DNA from: Acidobacteriota bacterium
GTDB lineage: Bacteria > Acidobacteriota > CAIWXX01
Assembly: GCA_040755995.1 (NCBI GenBank)
Contig: JBFMAF010000026.1
Location: 44,889 to 108,888 of the forward strand
Direction: 5' to 3'
DNA length: 64,000 nucleotides
Translations under genes and position numbers: made by a program
The notes under the pieces: generated by a model
The model's database searches: none
What the model saw: the letters and a program-made list of their open reading frames with translations, nothing else
What the model was told of the DNA's origin: nothing
Shown here: positions 51,192 through 60,846 of the stretch, one piece after another
Layout: every line of letters starts with the position of its first letter
How positions within the stretch are numbered: the stretch's first letter is position 1

Positions 51192-52424
51192 ATGTCCGTC
51201 ATAGCGATATTCAGCAGCACTTACTGCTCGGGCAAGGAGGTTGCGGAGAAGGCCGCGCAGAAGATGGGATACGAGCTTATCGGCAACTCGCTGCTGGCTG
51301 AGGCGGCTCTACGGTTCAAGGTGCCCGAGGAGAAGCTGGCCCGCGCGATGTCCGGTCCGCCGTCGTTTTTCAACAGCCTCTTCCATGAGCGAGAGCACCA
51401 CATCGCATATGTCCGCGCAGTCCTCGCCGACCAGTTGAAGAAGGACAATCTCGTACACTACGGCTTCGCGATGCACCTGCTCCCGCGCTACGTCTCGCAC
51501 ATCCTTCGCGTCTGCCTGGTTGCGAACCGTGAGTACCGGGCCAACAAGGCGGTAGAACAGCGGCAGATTCCGAAGAAGGAGGCCCTCAAGCTCCTGAAGA
51601 GGGATGACGAGGAGGCGAGCCAATGGACCGGGTACCTTCACGGGTCAAGACCCTGGGACAAGAAGCTCTATGACATCAGGATCCCGATTCATAACACGAC
51701 GCTCGAGGCCGCTGTCAACATGATCTGCGAACAGGCGGGCGGAGACGCGTTGAAGCCGACGCCTGATTCATCCCGCGCGGTGGACGACTTCATTCTTGCC
51801 ACCAAGGTGAACCTCGCGCTGGTAGAGAAAGGGCATCATTACTGCGATGTGACCTCCAGCGAGGGCCAGGTGACGATCGTTATCAACAAGGAGGTCCTGC
51901 GCTTGGAGAGGCTCGAGAACGAGCTCGCCAAGATCGCGGAATCGGTTGAAGGGGTGAATACCGTGCATACCAAGGTCGGCCCTAAGTACAACCAGGCGAA
52001 TATCTCCTACCAGATCGATCTGCAGCTGCCATCCCGCGTGCTCCTAGTGGATGACGAGAAGGATTTCGTGCTGACGCTGTCCGAGCGCCTCCAGATGCGA
52101 GACATCAACTCATCGGTCGTGTACGACGGCGAGCAGGCTCTGTCGCACATCAAGGGAGAGGAGCCCGATGTCATGGTGCTCGATCTGCGGATGCCCGGCA
52201 TCGACGGTCTGGAGGTGCTGCGGCGGGTCAAGAAGGAGCACCCCGGCGTGGAAGTGATCATCCTGACAGGGCACGGGACGGAGAAGGACGAGGCGCTGGC
52301 GATGGAGCTCGGTGCGTTCGCCTACCTGCAGAAGCCCGTGGACATCGACGTGCTGGCGGGCAAGATGAGGGAGGCTTACCAGAGGATTGCCGCCAGGAAG
52401 GCCGCGGTGGAAAAGGATCTATAG
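51192..52424 (+). CDS. Cytidylate-kinase-like + BON-like + receiver fusion
   Basis: IAIFSSTYCSGKEVA...LRVCLVA...YDIRI at the N-terminus. Receiver VLLVDDE, LDLRMPG, LTGHG, QKP at the C-terminus. Confidence 0.85.
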   Translation: MSVIAIFSSTYCSGKEVAEKAAQKMGYELIGNSLLAEAALRFKVPEEKLARAMSGPPSFFNSLFHEREHHIAYVRAVLADQLKKDNLVHYGFAMHLLPRYVSHILRVCLVANREYRANKAVEQRQIPKKEALKLLKRDDEEASQWTGYLHGSRPWDKKLYDIRIPIHNTTLEAAVNMICEQAGGDALKPTPDSSRAVDDFILATKVNLALVEKGHHYCDVTSSEGQVTIVINKEVLRLERLENELAKIAESVEGVNTVHTKVGPKYNQANISYQIDLQLPSRVLLVDDEKDFVLTLSERLQMRDINSSVVYDGEQALSHIKGEEPDVMVLDLRMPGIDGLEVLRRVKKEHPGVEVIILTGHGTEKDEALAMELGAFAYLQKPVDIDVLAGKMREAYQRIAARKAAVEKDL

Positions 52425-52505
52425 CGCGTGATCTGATCCCGGGCTCGGATGGCCGGGAGGACGCGGTGGGAGCCCGGTGTCGCATGAATCGGTGAGGTCC
52501 ATGTC

Positions 52506-54251
52506 GTGAACCAGGGAAAAGGCCTGCTGGCGAAACTCGGCCGGCTCCAGCGTTTCCTCCTCCCGCCGTGGTGGACGGAGGAGGAGGAGCCGCACAAGAT
52601 GTCGCTGAGGTATCGCTGGCTCTGGGTCAGCGGGGTCCTTTCGGCGTTGCTGGTCTCACTCACTCCACTGGTCGCCATGACCGTCATAAACATTTACGAG
52701 TACCAGAAGGCTTTCGAAGCGGAGATACAGTTTCCGGTTCAGCGACAGGTCTCGAACACGCGCCGGTCCATCGAGTTCTTTCTCGAAGAGCGGCGGGCCG
52801 CCCTCAACTTCATCATCCATGACAACACGTTCGAGGCGTTGTCCGAGCAGGAGCGGCTGACGGGTATTTTCAAGAACATGAAGGAGTTCTTCGGCGGGTT
52901 CGTGGACGTCGGCCTGATCGACTCACAGGGAATTCAGCGCTCCTATGTCGGCCCTTACGGCCTCAAGGGGAGATCGTACGAGCAGCAGGTGTGGTTCGAC
53001 GAGACGGTTCTTCGCGGGAGTAACGTCAGCGACGTCTTCCTGGGTTATCGCAAGTTCCCGCACTTTGTCATCGCCGTGAAGAACGAGAAGAGGGACGGCG
53101 ATTTCTACATCCTGCGTGCCACGTTCAATGCCGAGATCTTCGACAACCTCCTGGCGTCAATCGAGTTTCGCCCATCAAGCGACGTGTTCATCGTCAACCG
53201 CGCCGGCGTGCTCCAGACACCGTCGCGCTCCAACGGCCCAATCCTTTCGATGACACAGCTGCCGGTTCCGCCGTATAGCGATAGAACCGAGGTGCGCGAC
53301 GTCGTCGACCGTGACGGCCATCCCACCCTCGTCGGCTACGCCTACATCAAGGACTCGCCGTTCGTGCTCATGGTCGCAGAGCGACACGAGACCCTGATGA
53401 AGGACTGGATAACGCTACGGCGAAATCTACTCATCTTCCTGATCGTAAGCATGGTGCTGATTACCGTCTTCGTACTGGCCGGCTCGCGGAACATGGTCAC
53501 TCGCATCTGGGAGGCGGATCTCAAGCGGGCATCCGTCTTGCACCAGATCGAGTACACGAACAAGATGGCCTCAATCGGGCGCCTGGCCGCCGGTGTCGCG
53601 CACGAGATCAACAACCCGATGGCCATCATCAACGAGAAGGCCGGGCTCATGAAGGACCTGATGATGCTGGAGGAGGAGTTCCCGAAGAAGGAGAAGTTCC
53701 TTTCGCTGGTGGACCCGATCCTGACCTCGGTCGATCGCTGCAGAACGATCACGCACAGATTGCTCGGGTTCGCCAAGCGGATGGATGTGCGGGTCGAGAC
53801 GATACACATGGACCTGCTCATCAGAGAGGTCCTGAGCTTTTTGGAAAAGGAATCCAGCTATCGCAACATCACGATCCACCTCTCGTTCGCCGATGATCTG
53901 GTGCCAATCCAGAGCGATCGCGGCCAGCTGCAGCAGGTGTTTCTTAACATCCTGAACAACGCCTTCGCGGCGGTCAAAGATGGAGGCCGAATCGACATCA
54001 GCGCCGAGCCGAGAGGGATCGAGAAGGTGGCGGTTACCATCACAGACAACGGTGTCGGGATCTCCGAGGAAAACATCAAGCACATCTTCGAACCATTCTT
54101 CACGACGAAGGAGAAGTACGGCACGGGACTGGGCCTCTCGATCACACATGGCATCGTCGAGAAGCTGGGTGGACAGATCGAAGTGAGGAGCGCGCTGGGC
54201 GAGGGCACCAGCTTTGTGGTGACCCTGCCCGTTCAGCGCAGGGAGGAGTAG
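52506..54251 (+). CDS. Membrane sensor histidine kinase (Cache-like, NtrB type)
   Basis: Two TM segments. AGVAHEINNP, LNILNNA, DNGVG, FEPFFTTK, GTGLGL. Confidence 0.95.
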   Translation: MNQGKGLLAKLGRLQRFLLPPWWTEEEEPHKMSLRYRWLWVSGVLSALLVSLTPLVAMTVINIYEYQKAFEAEIQFPVQRQVSNTRRSIEFFLEERRAALNFIIHDNTFEALSEQERLTGIFKNMKEFFGGFVDVGLIDSQGIQRSYVGPYGLKGRSYEQQVWFDETVLRGSNVSDVFLGYRKFPHFVIAVKNEKRDGDFYILRATFNAEIFDNLLASIEFRPSSDVFIVNRAGVLQTPSRSNGPILSMTQLPVPPYSDRTEVRDVVDRDGHPTLVGYAYIKDSPFVLMVAERHETLMKDWITLRRNLLIFLIVSMVLITVFVLAGSRNMVTRIWEADLKRASVLHQIEYTNKMASIGRLAAGVAHEINNPMAIINEKAGLMKDLMMLEEEFPKKEKFLSLVDPILTSVDRCRTITHRLLGFAKRMDVRVETIHMDLLIREVLSFLEKESSYRNITIHLSFADDLVPIQSDRGQLQQVFLNILNNAFAAVKDGGRIDISAEPRGIEKVAVTITDNGVGISEENIKHIFEPFFTTKEKYGTGLGLSITHGIVEKLGGQIEVRSALGEGTSFVVTLPVQRREE

Positions 54252-54259
54252 GAGGAGGG

Positions 54260-54634
54260 ATGGAGCGGCTGCGGGTCCTGTTGGTCGACGACGAGGAGGA
54301 GCTCGTGTCGACCATGGTCGAAAGGCTCAGGCTGCGCGACATCGAGGCGGATGCCGAAACCGACGGCTACAGGGCGCTGGACCGCGTGATGGCATCGGAC
54401 TACGACGTGGTGCTGGTGGATGTGAAGATGCCCGGGCTCGGCGGCATGGAGCTTCTCGGCGAGATCCGGAAGGAACGCCCCGATGTGCCGGTCATTCTCC
54501 TGACGGGCCACACGGCGGAGCAAGAGGGGGTCGAGGGGATGCGGATCGGCGCCTTCGACTATCTTATGAAGCCTATCAACATCGACGACCTCATCCTGCG
54601 CATGAGGGATGCCGCCGGCCGCCGGCAGGGCTGA
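54260..54634 (+). CDS. Single-domain response regulator
   Basis: VLLVDDE, VDVKMPG, LTGH, MKP. Confidence 0.93.
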   Translation: MERLRVLLVDDEEELVSTMVERLRLRDIEADAETDGYRALDRVMASDYDVVLVDVKMPGLGGMELLGEIRKERPDVPVILLTGHTAEQEGVEGMRIGAFDYLMKPINIDDLILRMRDAAGRRQG

Positions 54635-54640
54635 GGAGCA

Positions 54641-55324
54641 GTGAGCAGGGATCTCGAACCACTGCTCTCCGAAGCGAGGCTGGCCTTCTTCGGGAAGATC
54701 ACCGCGAGCCTCTCCCACGAGCTCAACAACGTGCTCTCCTACATCAACGAGCTCTCCGGGCTGACCGGAGATCTGCTCGCAGCGGGCGCTCAAGGCCGAC
54801 CTGTCAACACCGAGAAGCTGCAGAGGCTGGCGGAGCGGATCGGCGGTCAGGTCCATCGCGGCGAGGTGCTGATCAAGAGGCTGAACCGGTTCTCTCACTC
54901 GGCAGACGTGCCGCGCAAGACGTTCGATCTGGGGAAGCTGCTGGAGGACATCATGGGGCTCGCTCAACGGCCGGCAACCATGAAGGGGTTCGAGCTCACC
55001 GCGAGCTTCCCAGATGAATCGATCAACATCCACAGCGACCCATTCGGCCTCCAGCACCTGGTATTCACATGCTTCGAGGCGATCTGGGAGTCTCCGGCCG
55101 TGCGCAAGACCGTGAGCGTGAGTTGCAGGAGGGAGGAGAAGGGCGCGAGCGTTCTTGTCGGCGCTGCCGAGCCGCTCGCGAGGAACGACGGCGTTATCTC
55201 GCGCCTACGCTTTGCGGCCCGCCTTGCCGGTGACCTGGGCGGACGTATGACCGAACCTGCCGAGCAGAGCCCGGACCCGATCACGATCTGGCTCCCGTCC
55301 TCGACCGAGGATGGCGAACGATAA
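54641..55324 (+). CDS. HisKA-containing protein with degenerate ATPase domain (putative phosphotransferase)
   Basis: H-box SHELNNVL present. N, G1, F and G2 boxes are not recognisable. Confidence 0.75.
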   Translation: MSRDLEPLLSEARLAFFGKITASLSHELNNVLSYINELSGLTGDLLAAGAQGRPVNTEKLQRLAERIGGQVHRGEVLIKRLNRFSHSADVPRKTFDLGKLLEDIMGLAQRPATMKGFELTASFPDESINIHSDPFGLQHLVFTCFEAIWESPAVRKTVSVSCRREEKGASVLVGAAEPLARNDGVISRLRFAARLAGDLGGRMTEPAEQSPDPITIWLPSSTEDGER

Positions 55325-55533
55325 GCATTCCATCCGGCCATCCGCATGGCCTGCTGCTCAACCTCGGGGCGCCCACTCTCCAAACAAGACGGGTCATGGC
55401 GCCGGGACCACGATCGCACTCCGGTCCTGCTCTCCGAACTTCCTGCCTTCCTTGGATGTTCGGAACAACCGGCCCATCAGGCACCGAGCCGCTCGGTTGC
55501 GGCTCGTCCGCGTCAGGCATCGTCGCTTACTGA

Positions 55534-55910
55534 GTGTACTTCAGCCCCGTGACGTGGCTCTGGAGCGAGAAGGTCTGGTTTGAGGCCGGCGTGAACGAGC
55601 CTGCCATAAAGAGCCTGATGGAGCGGATGAAGTGGGTAGAGAAGTATCCGGTGCCTAGACTGGGCACAGGGAATGACTTTGGCACGAAGTCTGTCACCGT
55701 CCAGCTGCAGGATGGAAGACAGTACTCCCGGGAGATGAGCCTATCATGGGGGATGCCCCAGAAGCCCCTGACCGCCGATGAGTTCAATGCGAAGTACAGG
55801 GATTGTGCTTCAGCCGTCCTGTCGGAAGCGGATGTCGAATAATCTCTCCGCGTCCTCTCAAACCTCCAGGCAGTGAAGAGCGTCAAGGAGGTGATGAGCC
55901 TCGTGGGCAA
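55534..55910 (+). pseudogene. MmgE/PrpD family C-terminal fragment
   Basis: VTVQLQDGRQY...GMPQKPLT..E..AKYRDCA. In-frame TAA at 55840-55842 is followed by continued PrpD-like sequence; the N-terminus is absent. Confidence 0.65.
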
Positions 55911-56035
55911 ATCATCTCTGTCTCGCGCCGGGTCGCCCAGCGCGCACTGATGATCCGCAACGCGCCGTTCTCCTGCTCTGTGTAGGCGACGAGGACCATT
56001 CCGCGCGCGATGGCACCGATGGCAATGAACCTGTA
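55910..56035 (-). pseudogene. BrnT-family toxin C-terminal fragment
   Basis: RFIAIG...LVAYTE...LRIISARWATRRE. Confidence 0.7.
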
Positions 56036-56124
56036 GGAAATGAATTCAGGCGCAATCACATCCCGGCGAGCCACCAGCAGTTGCCTGGCACAGCCGTTGA
56101 CAATCCGCCGGATGCCCCAATTCA

Positions 56125-56871
56125 TCACCGCTTCATCATCGCGAACACACCCCAGCCTAAGTATTCACGCGTGTAGGCGGCGTAGCGCTCGGGTTCCGAG
56201 GTCAGTTTGGCTCGAACATCTTTCGCGAACTCGTCATCGGGATTGGCCTCAAGCCATCGGCGCATGGTGAGCCATTTGGCCGCCTCGTATCTGTCCCAGC
56301 TGTCCTGGTCTGCCAAAACCATTTCCACGACGTCGTAGCCGAGGTGGCCGAAAGACGCGAGAAGTCCTGGAAGCACGAGAAAGTCGGAGATGGAGCCGGC
56401 AAGACACCCCTTGGCAACATCCTCCGTCGGCGGTAGCTGGCGCCAGTAGGGCTCGCCGATGAGGATGATCCCTCCGTTGTGAAGACTCCGCGCCAGAAGC
56501 TCGATAGTGCCGATGACGCCCCCAGCAATCCAAGTGGCGCCGACACAGGCTGCCACACTGACCTTCTCGTCACAGACGTAGCCCGCAGCATCGCCATGGA
56601 TGAACTTGACTTGATCGGCCACGCCGAGTTCTTCAGCGCGGAGTTTCGCTTGCTCGGTGAACAACTGGCTCATGTCGACACCGGTGCCAATGATGGCGTA
56701 ATCGCGAGCCCAGGTGCACAGCATCTCCCCCGAACCGCTGCCGAGGTCGAGCACCCGGGCCCCCGATTCCAGGCGCAGCGCCGCGCCGAGCGTGGCGAGC
56801 TTTTCGGGTGTGAACGGGTTATGGATGCAGTGAGCACTTTCGGAGATGTTGAAGATCCGTGGAATGTCCAT
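56125..56871 (-). CDS. Class I SAM-dependent methyltransferase (YjhP-like)
   Basis: MDIPRIF.ISES.H.IHNP, VLDLGSGSGE, GVDMS, IGEPYW, REYLGWGVF. Confidence 0.9.
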   Translation of the reverse strand: MDIPRIFNISESAHCIHNPFTPEKLATLGAALRLESGARVLDLGSGSGEMLCTWARDYAIIGTGVDMSQLFTEQAKLRAEELGVADQVKFIHGDAAGYVCDEKVSVAACVGATWIAGGVIGTIELLARSLHNGGIILIGEPYWRQLPPTEDVAKGCLAGSISDFLVLPGLLASFGHLGYDVVEMVLADQDSWDRYEAAKWLTMRRWLEANPDDEFAKDVRAKLTSEPERYAAYTREYLGWGVFAMMKR

Positions 56872-57070
56872 TGTGGAGAATTTCCTTGAGGTTGTGAATA
56901 GATTTGGTCACGGCCTAACAATTATTGGATGGAACCTCAGACTTTCCCATCTTTGCCCCTATCGAACGGTTTCAGTAGTCTCAGGGGTTCCTCCTGTGCG
57001 AGGCGATCCTCTTGCGGGCCTTTCGCGATTGTGCTTGATACACGGCGTCCTGTCAACACTGAATCCACGA

Positions 57071-57139
57071 GGGTATAGGAACTCGCTTTCTGGCCACAGC
57101 TAGAGGAATACCACCGACGTAGTAAGAAGCCACCGTCTG
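57071..57139. repeat. ~70-bp direct repeat, copy A
   Basis: Aligns without gaps to 58604-58672. Identical 29-nt core AGGAATACCACCGACGTAGTAAGAAGCCA. Confidence 0.9.
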
Positions 57140-57400
57140 GAGCGTCCTCGCTTCAGGAATATGTGAGGTAACCCTGGCGATCCACTCGAGCGGGTCCTTC
57201 GTCTCGGAGGGTGCCTCAAAGAGGCTCCCGATCACCATGTCAGGCCGCGTGCCCTTTCCGAAGTACTTCAACCCCAGCTTCTCGTCCACCACCAGCCTGC
57301 CGGCCGCCGCCGGCGAGCGCACAGTGTACATGCCGACCTGGACGATCTCCTTCGCGTCCGTAAGCTCCGGCCCAATCCAAGCGTCAAACGCGGCCAGAGA
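57140..57400 (-). mobile_element. IS91-like (Y2 rolling-circle) transposase remnant
   Basis: MYTVRSPAAAGRL...DPLEWIARVTSHIPE resembles the C-terminal part of these transposases; truncated on both sides. Confidence 0.55.
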
Positions 57401-57607
57401 CGGCAGGCCGGACGTTTGCGGAGGCGCGTTGCAGGCACTTCTCGACGAGCGCAAGATATTCGAAAATACCCTCGCGGCTGTCGATTGGCAGGGGGCGGTG
57501 GACGAATCACTATCCTCCGCAACGCGAGCGCAGACGGCAAGCAACGGATGCCGGTCACAGGTTCATGTTCACCCGCGGTGGACGCGTTGGGACACTCTCT
57601 CTGTTCC

Positions 57608-57636
57608 TTGACCCACGCCGTCCGACGCCCTATACT
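57608..57636 (+). promoter_or_regulatory. Sigma70-like promoter
   Basis: TTGACC-17 nt-TATACT upstream of the ORF at 57777. Confidence 0.6.
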
Positions 57637-57776
57637 CCGATGAAGAGGAGATAAGACGTAGACCCCGGAAGCCTGTCCAAGCAGGACTGGCGATCCGGGC
57701 CACGTCAGATTGGTGCCGTCGCTATAGTTCCGCCGCCCGGCTGTGGCCGGCCGCCGGCGAAGGGAGGGGAGGACTC

Positions 57777-58538
57777 ATGAATCAGCAGAAGAAGCGCTGG
57801 GTTTGGATGCCAATCGTTGTGGCATGTGCGTTGTTCCCGCTGCTGTCGCGTTCGACTGACGAAGCGCCAGTGGCGCTCAAGTTGGACCCGTCGCTCAACA
57901 TCCTCAACTATGGTGTCGTCAACCTGGGCGAGTCGAAGCAGATCGCCCTGCGCATACGGAATGTGAGCAATGGTCCGGTCGATTACAGGATGACCGTGCC
58001 GAAGGGTTTCCAGGTGTACGCCAGCGCGGCGGTGCATCGCAGCGGGCACCTGGCCGCTGGAAATGAGCGCTGGCTGGGCGTCAAGTTCACGCCCACGAAC
58101 CTGGCGCGCATCGACAAGTACCTGGTCTTTACCGTTCGCGAATCGGGTGTGTGGAGGCGGGACGCCGTGGTGCGACTGGTAGGACGTGGAGCTCCCGAAC
58201 GTGTGAATCTGGAGGGGTGGTGGGATGCGACGGATGGTCTTGGCGCCAGAATCCTGTTCACCGAGAAGGGCGCGGACCAAAAAAACAGCTATACCTTCAT
58301 CTTCCACGGCGGCCGATGGCACGAGGACCTCGAAGCATCGGGCCAGGGAACCTACAATGTCGCTGATAAGGCCTTTCGTGGTACCTACGATGTCACCGAA
58401 GGGGCGGTGGTGGATCACGGAACCATGTACTATGATCTCATAGAAGGAACGGGCGGCAAGCGCGATAGGTTGGTGGGATACCACCTGAGCAACATGTTCG
58501 GGAAACTGAAGCAGGACTGGACGCGCCGGCAGCAGTAG
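57777..58538 (+). CDS. Exported hypothetical protein with Ig-like (ASH/choice-of-anchor D-like) domain
   Basis: GGAGG RBS and signal peptide. LNYGVVNLGESK...IRNVSNGP...VKFTP. Confidence 0.72.
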   Translation: MNQQKKRWVWMPIVVACALFPLLSRSTDEAPVALKLDPSLNILNYGVVNLGESKQIALRIRNVSNGPVDYRMTVPKGFQVYASAAVHRSGHLAAGNERWLGVKFTPTNLARIDKYLVFTVRESGVWRRDAVVRLVGRGAPERVNLEGWWDATDGLGARILFTEKGADQKNSYTFIFHGGRWHEDLEASGQGTYNVADKAFRGTYDVTEGAVVDHGTMYYDLIEGTGGKRDRLVGYHLSNMFGKLKQDWTRRQQ

Positions 58539-58603
58539 TACCCCGTTCATCGGCCCCGCCTGACCGCGTGCTGTCGCGCGCGGTTTTCGGTGCCACTTGT
58601 CTG

Positions 58604-58672
58604 GGGTAAAAGAACTTGCTTCCTGGCCGCAGCCACAGGAATACCACCGACGTAGTAAGAAGCCATCGTCAG
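58604..58672. repeat. ~70-bp direct repeat, copy B
   Basis: Partner of 57071-57139 at an offset of 1533 bp. Confidence 0.9.
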
Positions 58673-58943
58673 AACGAGTCCAGACCCCCATCGGGCATGG
58701 TGGCGTATGCCCGAATGGGGGTCTGAAGCGTCCTCGGGCGGGTGCGAACGAGCAAGTCATAGTGGAAATACAGGGTCGCGGAGGTGGGTTGTCGAATTCC
58801 GCGGAAGGCTCGGGCGGGAGCTCGGCGCGAGATTAGAACGGGCACTCGGCGTCGCTGAAGTCGAAGCCGAGGCGCGGCTGGGAGGGCGGGGGCGGGCGCG
58901 CAAGCTAAGCCGCGACAAAGGAGGCGAGACGCGCGGAGACCTA

Positions 58944-59813
58944 CTATTTGAGGGTCGTCAGGATTTCCTGGCCGATCATGCCCTCGATCCTGGCCATGCA
59001 GGGGGACAAGCCGTTCTTTCTTTCTGGATTGAGCGCCTTCTCCAGTTTCCCGGAGACGGCCGGGTCCTGGAGATTCGTCTCAAGCGCATGCTGGATGGAG
59101 GCCAGCTCCTTGTAGAGCAACGCGGCCTCGGCCTTCTCAAGATCGGTCAATCCGTCGTTCTCCATCTCGGTCAGACGCTTGTCGATAGCGATGACGCGCT
59201 TGTCTACCTTCTCGATGAGCTTGTCCGCAGCAACCTTCTTGTCGCCTCCGGACTTGGCATTGTTCAGATCCGTGAGCGCGGGCTCCAGCACATCATTCCC
59301 GTACTTCGTTCCATCCGCTACCGAGTTGAGGGCGGATGCGGCGTCCATGACGCTCGGGTCGAGATTCCGCTTCGCGGCGGCCATGCCATCCTCTTTGAGG
59401 CCGTCTGTTATCTCTGTCCTCTCTCCCTCAGTGGCCACTCCAGGGTCTCCCCCCTCGCCGCCCGGGCCTCCGGGCGGGCCGGCCAGGCATCCCCCGGCCG
59501 TTGGAAACCCCTTCGAAGGCCCGTCGAAGATGCTCCTCTCACTCCGCTCGAACTGCACGCCGCCTCCGAGCCCCTTGTGCAAGTCCAGGCCCGGTTCAGT
59601 GCTCTTCTCCGGTATCCGGATCTCCACGCCCGCTTGAACCGGTCCCTTGTCCTTGATGTGCGGGTTGGCTTTCATGAGGTCTCCGAGAGGGATGTCGTGG
59701 TGAGCGGCGATCTGTTCCATCGTCTGCCCCCTTCCTGCGATGAGGGTCTTTCCACCGGACCCCCAGAGCGAGGTCCCCGGCGATGGCGGCATTCCGTCAG
59801 CGATCTTCGTCAT
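58944..59813 (-). CDS. LysM domain protein with helical C-terminus
   Basis: GQTMEQIAAHHDIPLGDLMKANPHIKD...VQAGVEIRIP. GGAGG RBS before ATG 59813. Confidence 0.75.
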   Translation of the reverse strand: MTKIADGMPPSPGTSLWGSGGKTLIAGRGQTMEQIAAHHDIPLGDLMKANPHIKDKGPVQAGVEIRIPEKSTEPGLDLHKGLGGGVQFERSERSIFDGPSKGFPTAGGCLAGPPGGPGGEGGDPGVATEGERTEITDGLKEDGMAAAKRNLDPSVMDAASALNSVADGTKYGNDVLEPALTDLNNAKSGGDKKVAADKLIEKVDKRVIAIDKRLTEMENDGLTDLEKAEAALLYKELASIQHALETNLQDPAVSGKLEKALNPERKNGLSPCMARIEGMIGQEILTTLK

Positions 59814-60339
59814 GATTCCTCCCAACTAGCTTGCGCCTGATAGCGGCTCGAATGTCAGCCGGCGCTGCCGAACGCTCATCCTGTGTTATTGCCTGGGGGT
59901 CTGGACGGTGGTTGCAAGTCCGCGCGCGAGGCCGGAGTCTGGAGAGCCCCCGTTCAATCTAGACCGGTGACCGGTTGAAGTCAACCTCCGATCGAGATCG
60001 GAGGATCGCTGCGCTGGGCCTGCTGCGAACAGGCAGCGCCGGTCAATTCCCTTCACAGACTGTCGTGGTTTGCAGGGCGCCCGGGGACGGCTTGGGTTTG
60101 GTCTTGTTGTACTTGTACGCGGCGGTCGCGGCCGTGGGCGTGTCGGCCACACGCTTCATGCTCGTACCCTTGGCGTAGACCTTGGACTTGCCGATCGCAG
60201 GGCATGTCGTACCCGGAAGCTGGCCCGACGCGTCACCCCTCGCGAGTTGGCTCACCTCGACGGGCCCCGGCCCACTCGCACGAGAGGAGAACGTGCTGCA
60301 TGATTCTAGCGAGGCGGGGCCTCAGACCGATGAACCATG

Positions 60340-60750
60340 CAGGGCCGCTTTGGCCCCGCCTCGCGTCGAGAGTCGAGAGCCACCGCGGCCGCGGCTCGAT
60401 CCGAGCCCCGGTCAGGATCTCGAACGGCATGAGCTTGCCCGTGTCCACATCTGCTATTCGGACCGTTCCCCAAGCGCGCCCGGCTCCGTAAACCTGGAAG
60501 GCCACGTGGCGGCTGTCCGCCGAGATATCGGCGATCACCCAGTCGCTGTGCAACAGAACCGCCCCCCTCCCGTCACCTTTGATCCGCCACAGCCCGCGCC
60601 TTTCGCGCTGGTTCGAGTTACATACGATCCAGCGGCCGTTCGGCGCGGCGGCGGCGTCTTGAGCATCGGACCCGTCTCTCGAGACCTGTCTCGGCGCGCG
60701 CCCGTCGCACTCGGCCGTGTAGATTTCGAAGTGACCGTCCTCAATCGAGG
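60340..60750 (-). pseudogene. TolB/PD40 beta-propeller fragment
   Basis: DGHFEIYTAECDG..PRQVS, PNGRWIV, ISADSRHVAF. No proper start. Confidence 0.55.
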
Positions 60751-60846
60751 ATAGCCCCGGATCCGGGATGGGGATGGGCAGGCCCACATTGACAGTGCCT
60801 CCGGGAATCCGGCACAATCCGCGGTGGGACAGATTGGAGGCCGCAG

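Noticed and set aside
56905..57000. GTTAGGC core upstream of the methyltransferase, suggesting an integron attC
   Set aside because: No matching inverse core or attC palindrome found, and no integrase in the window.
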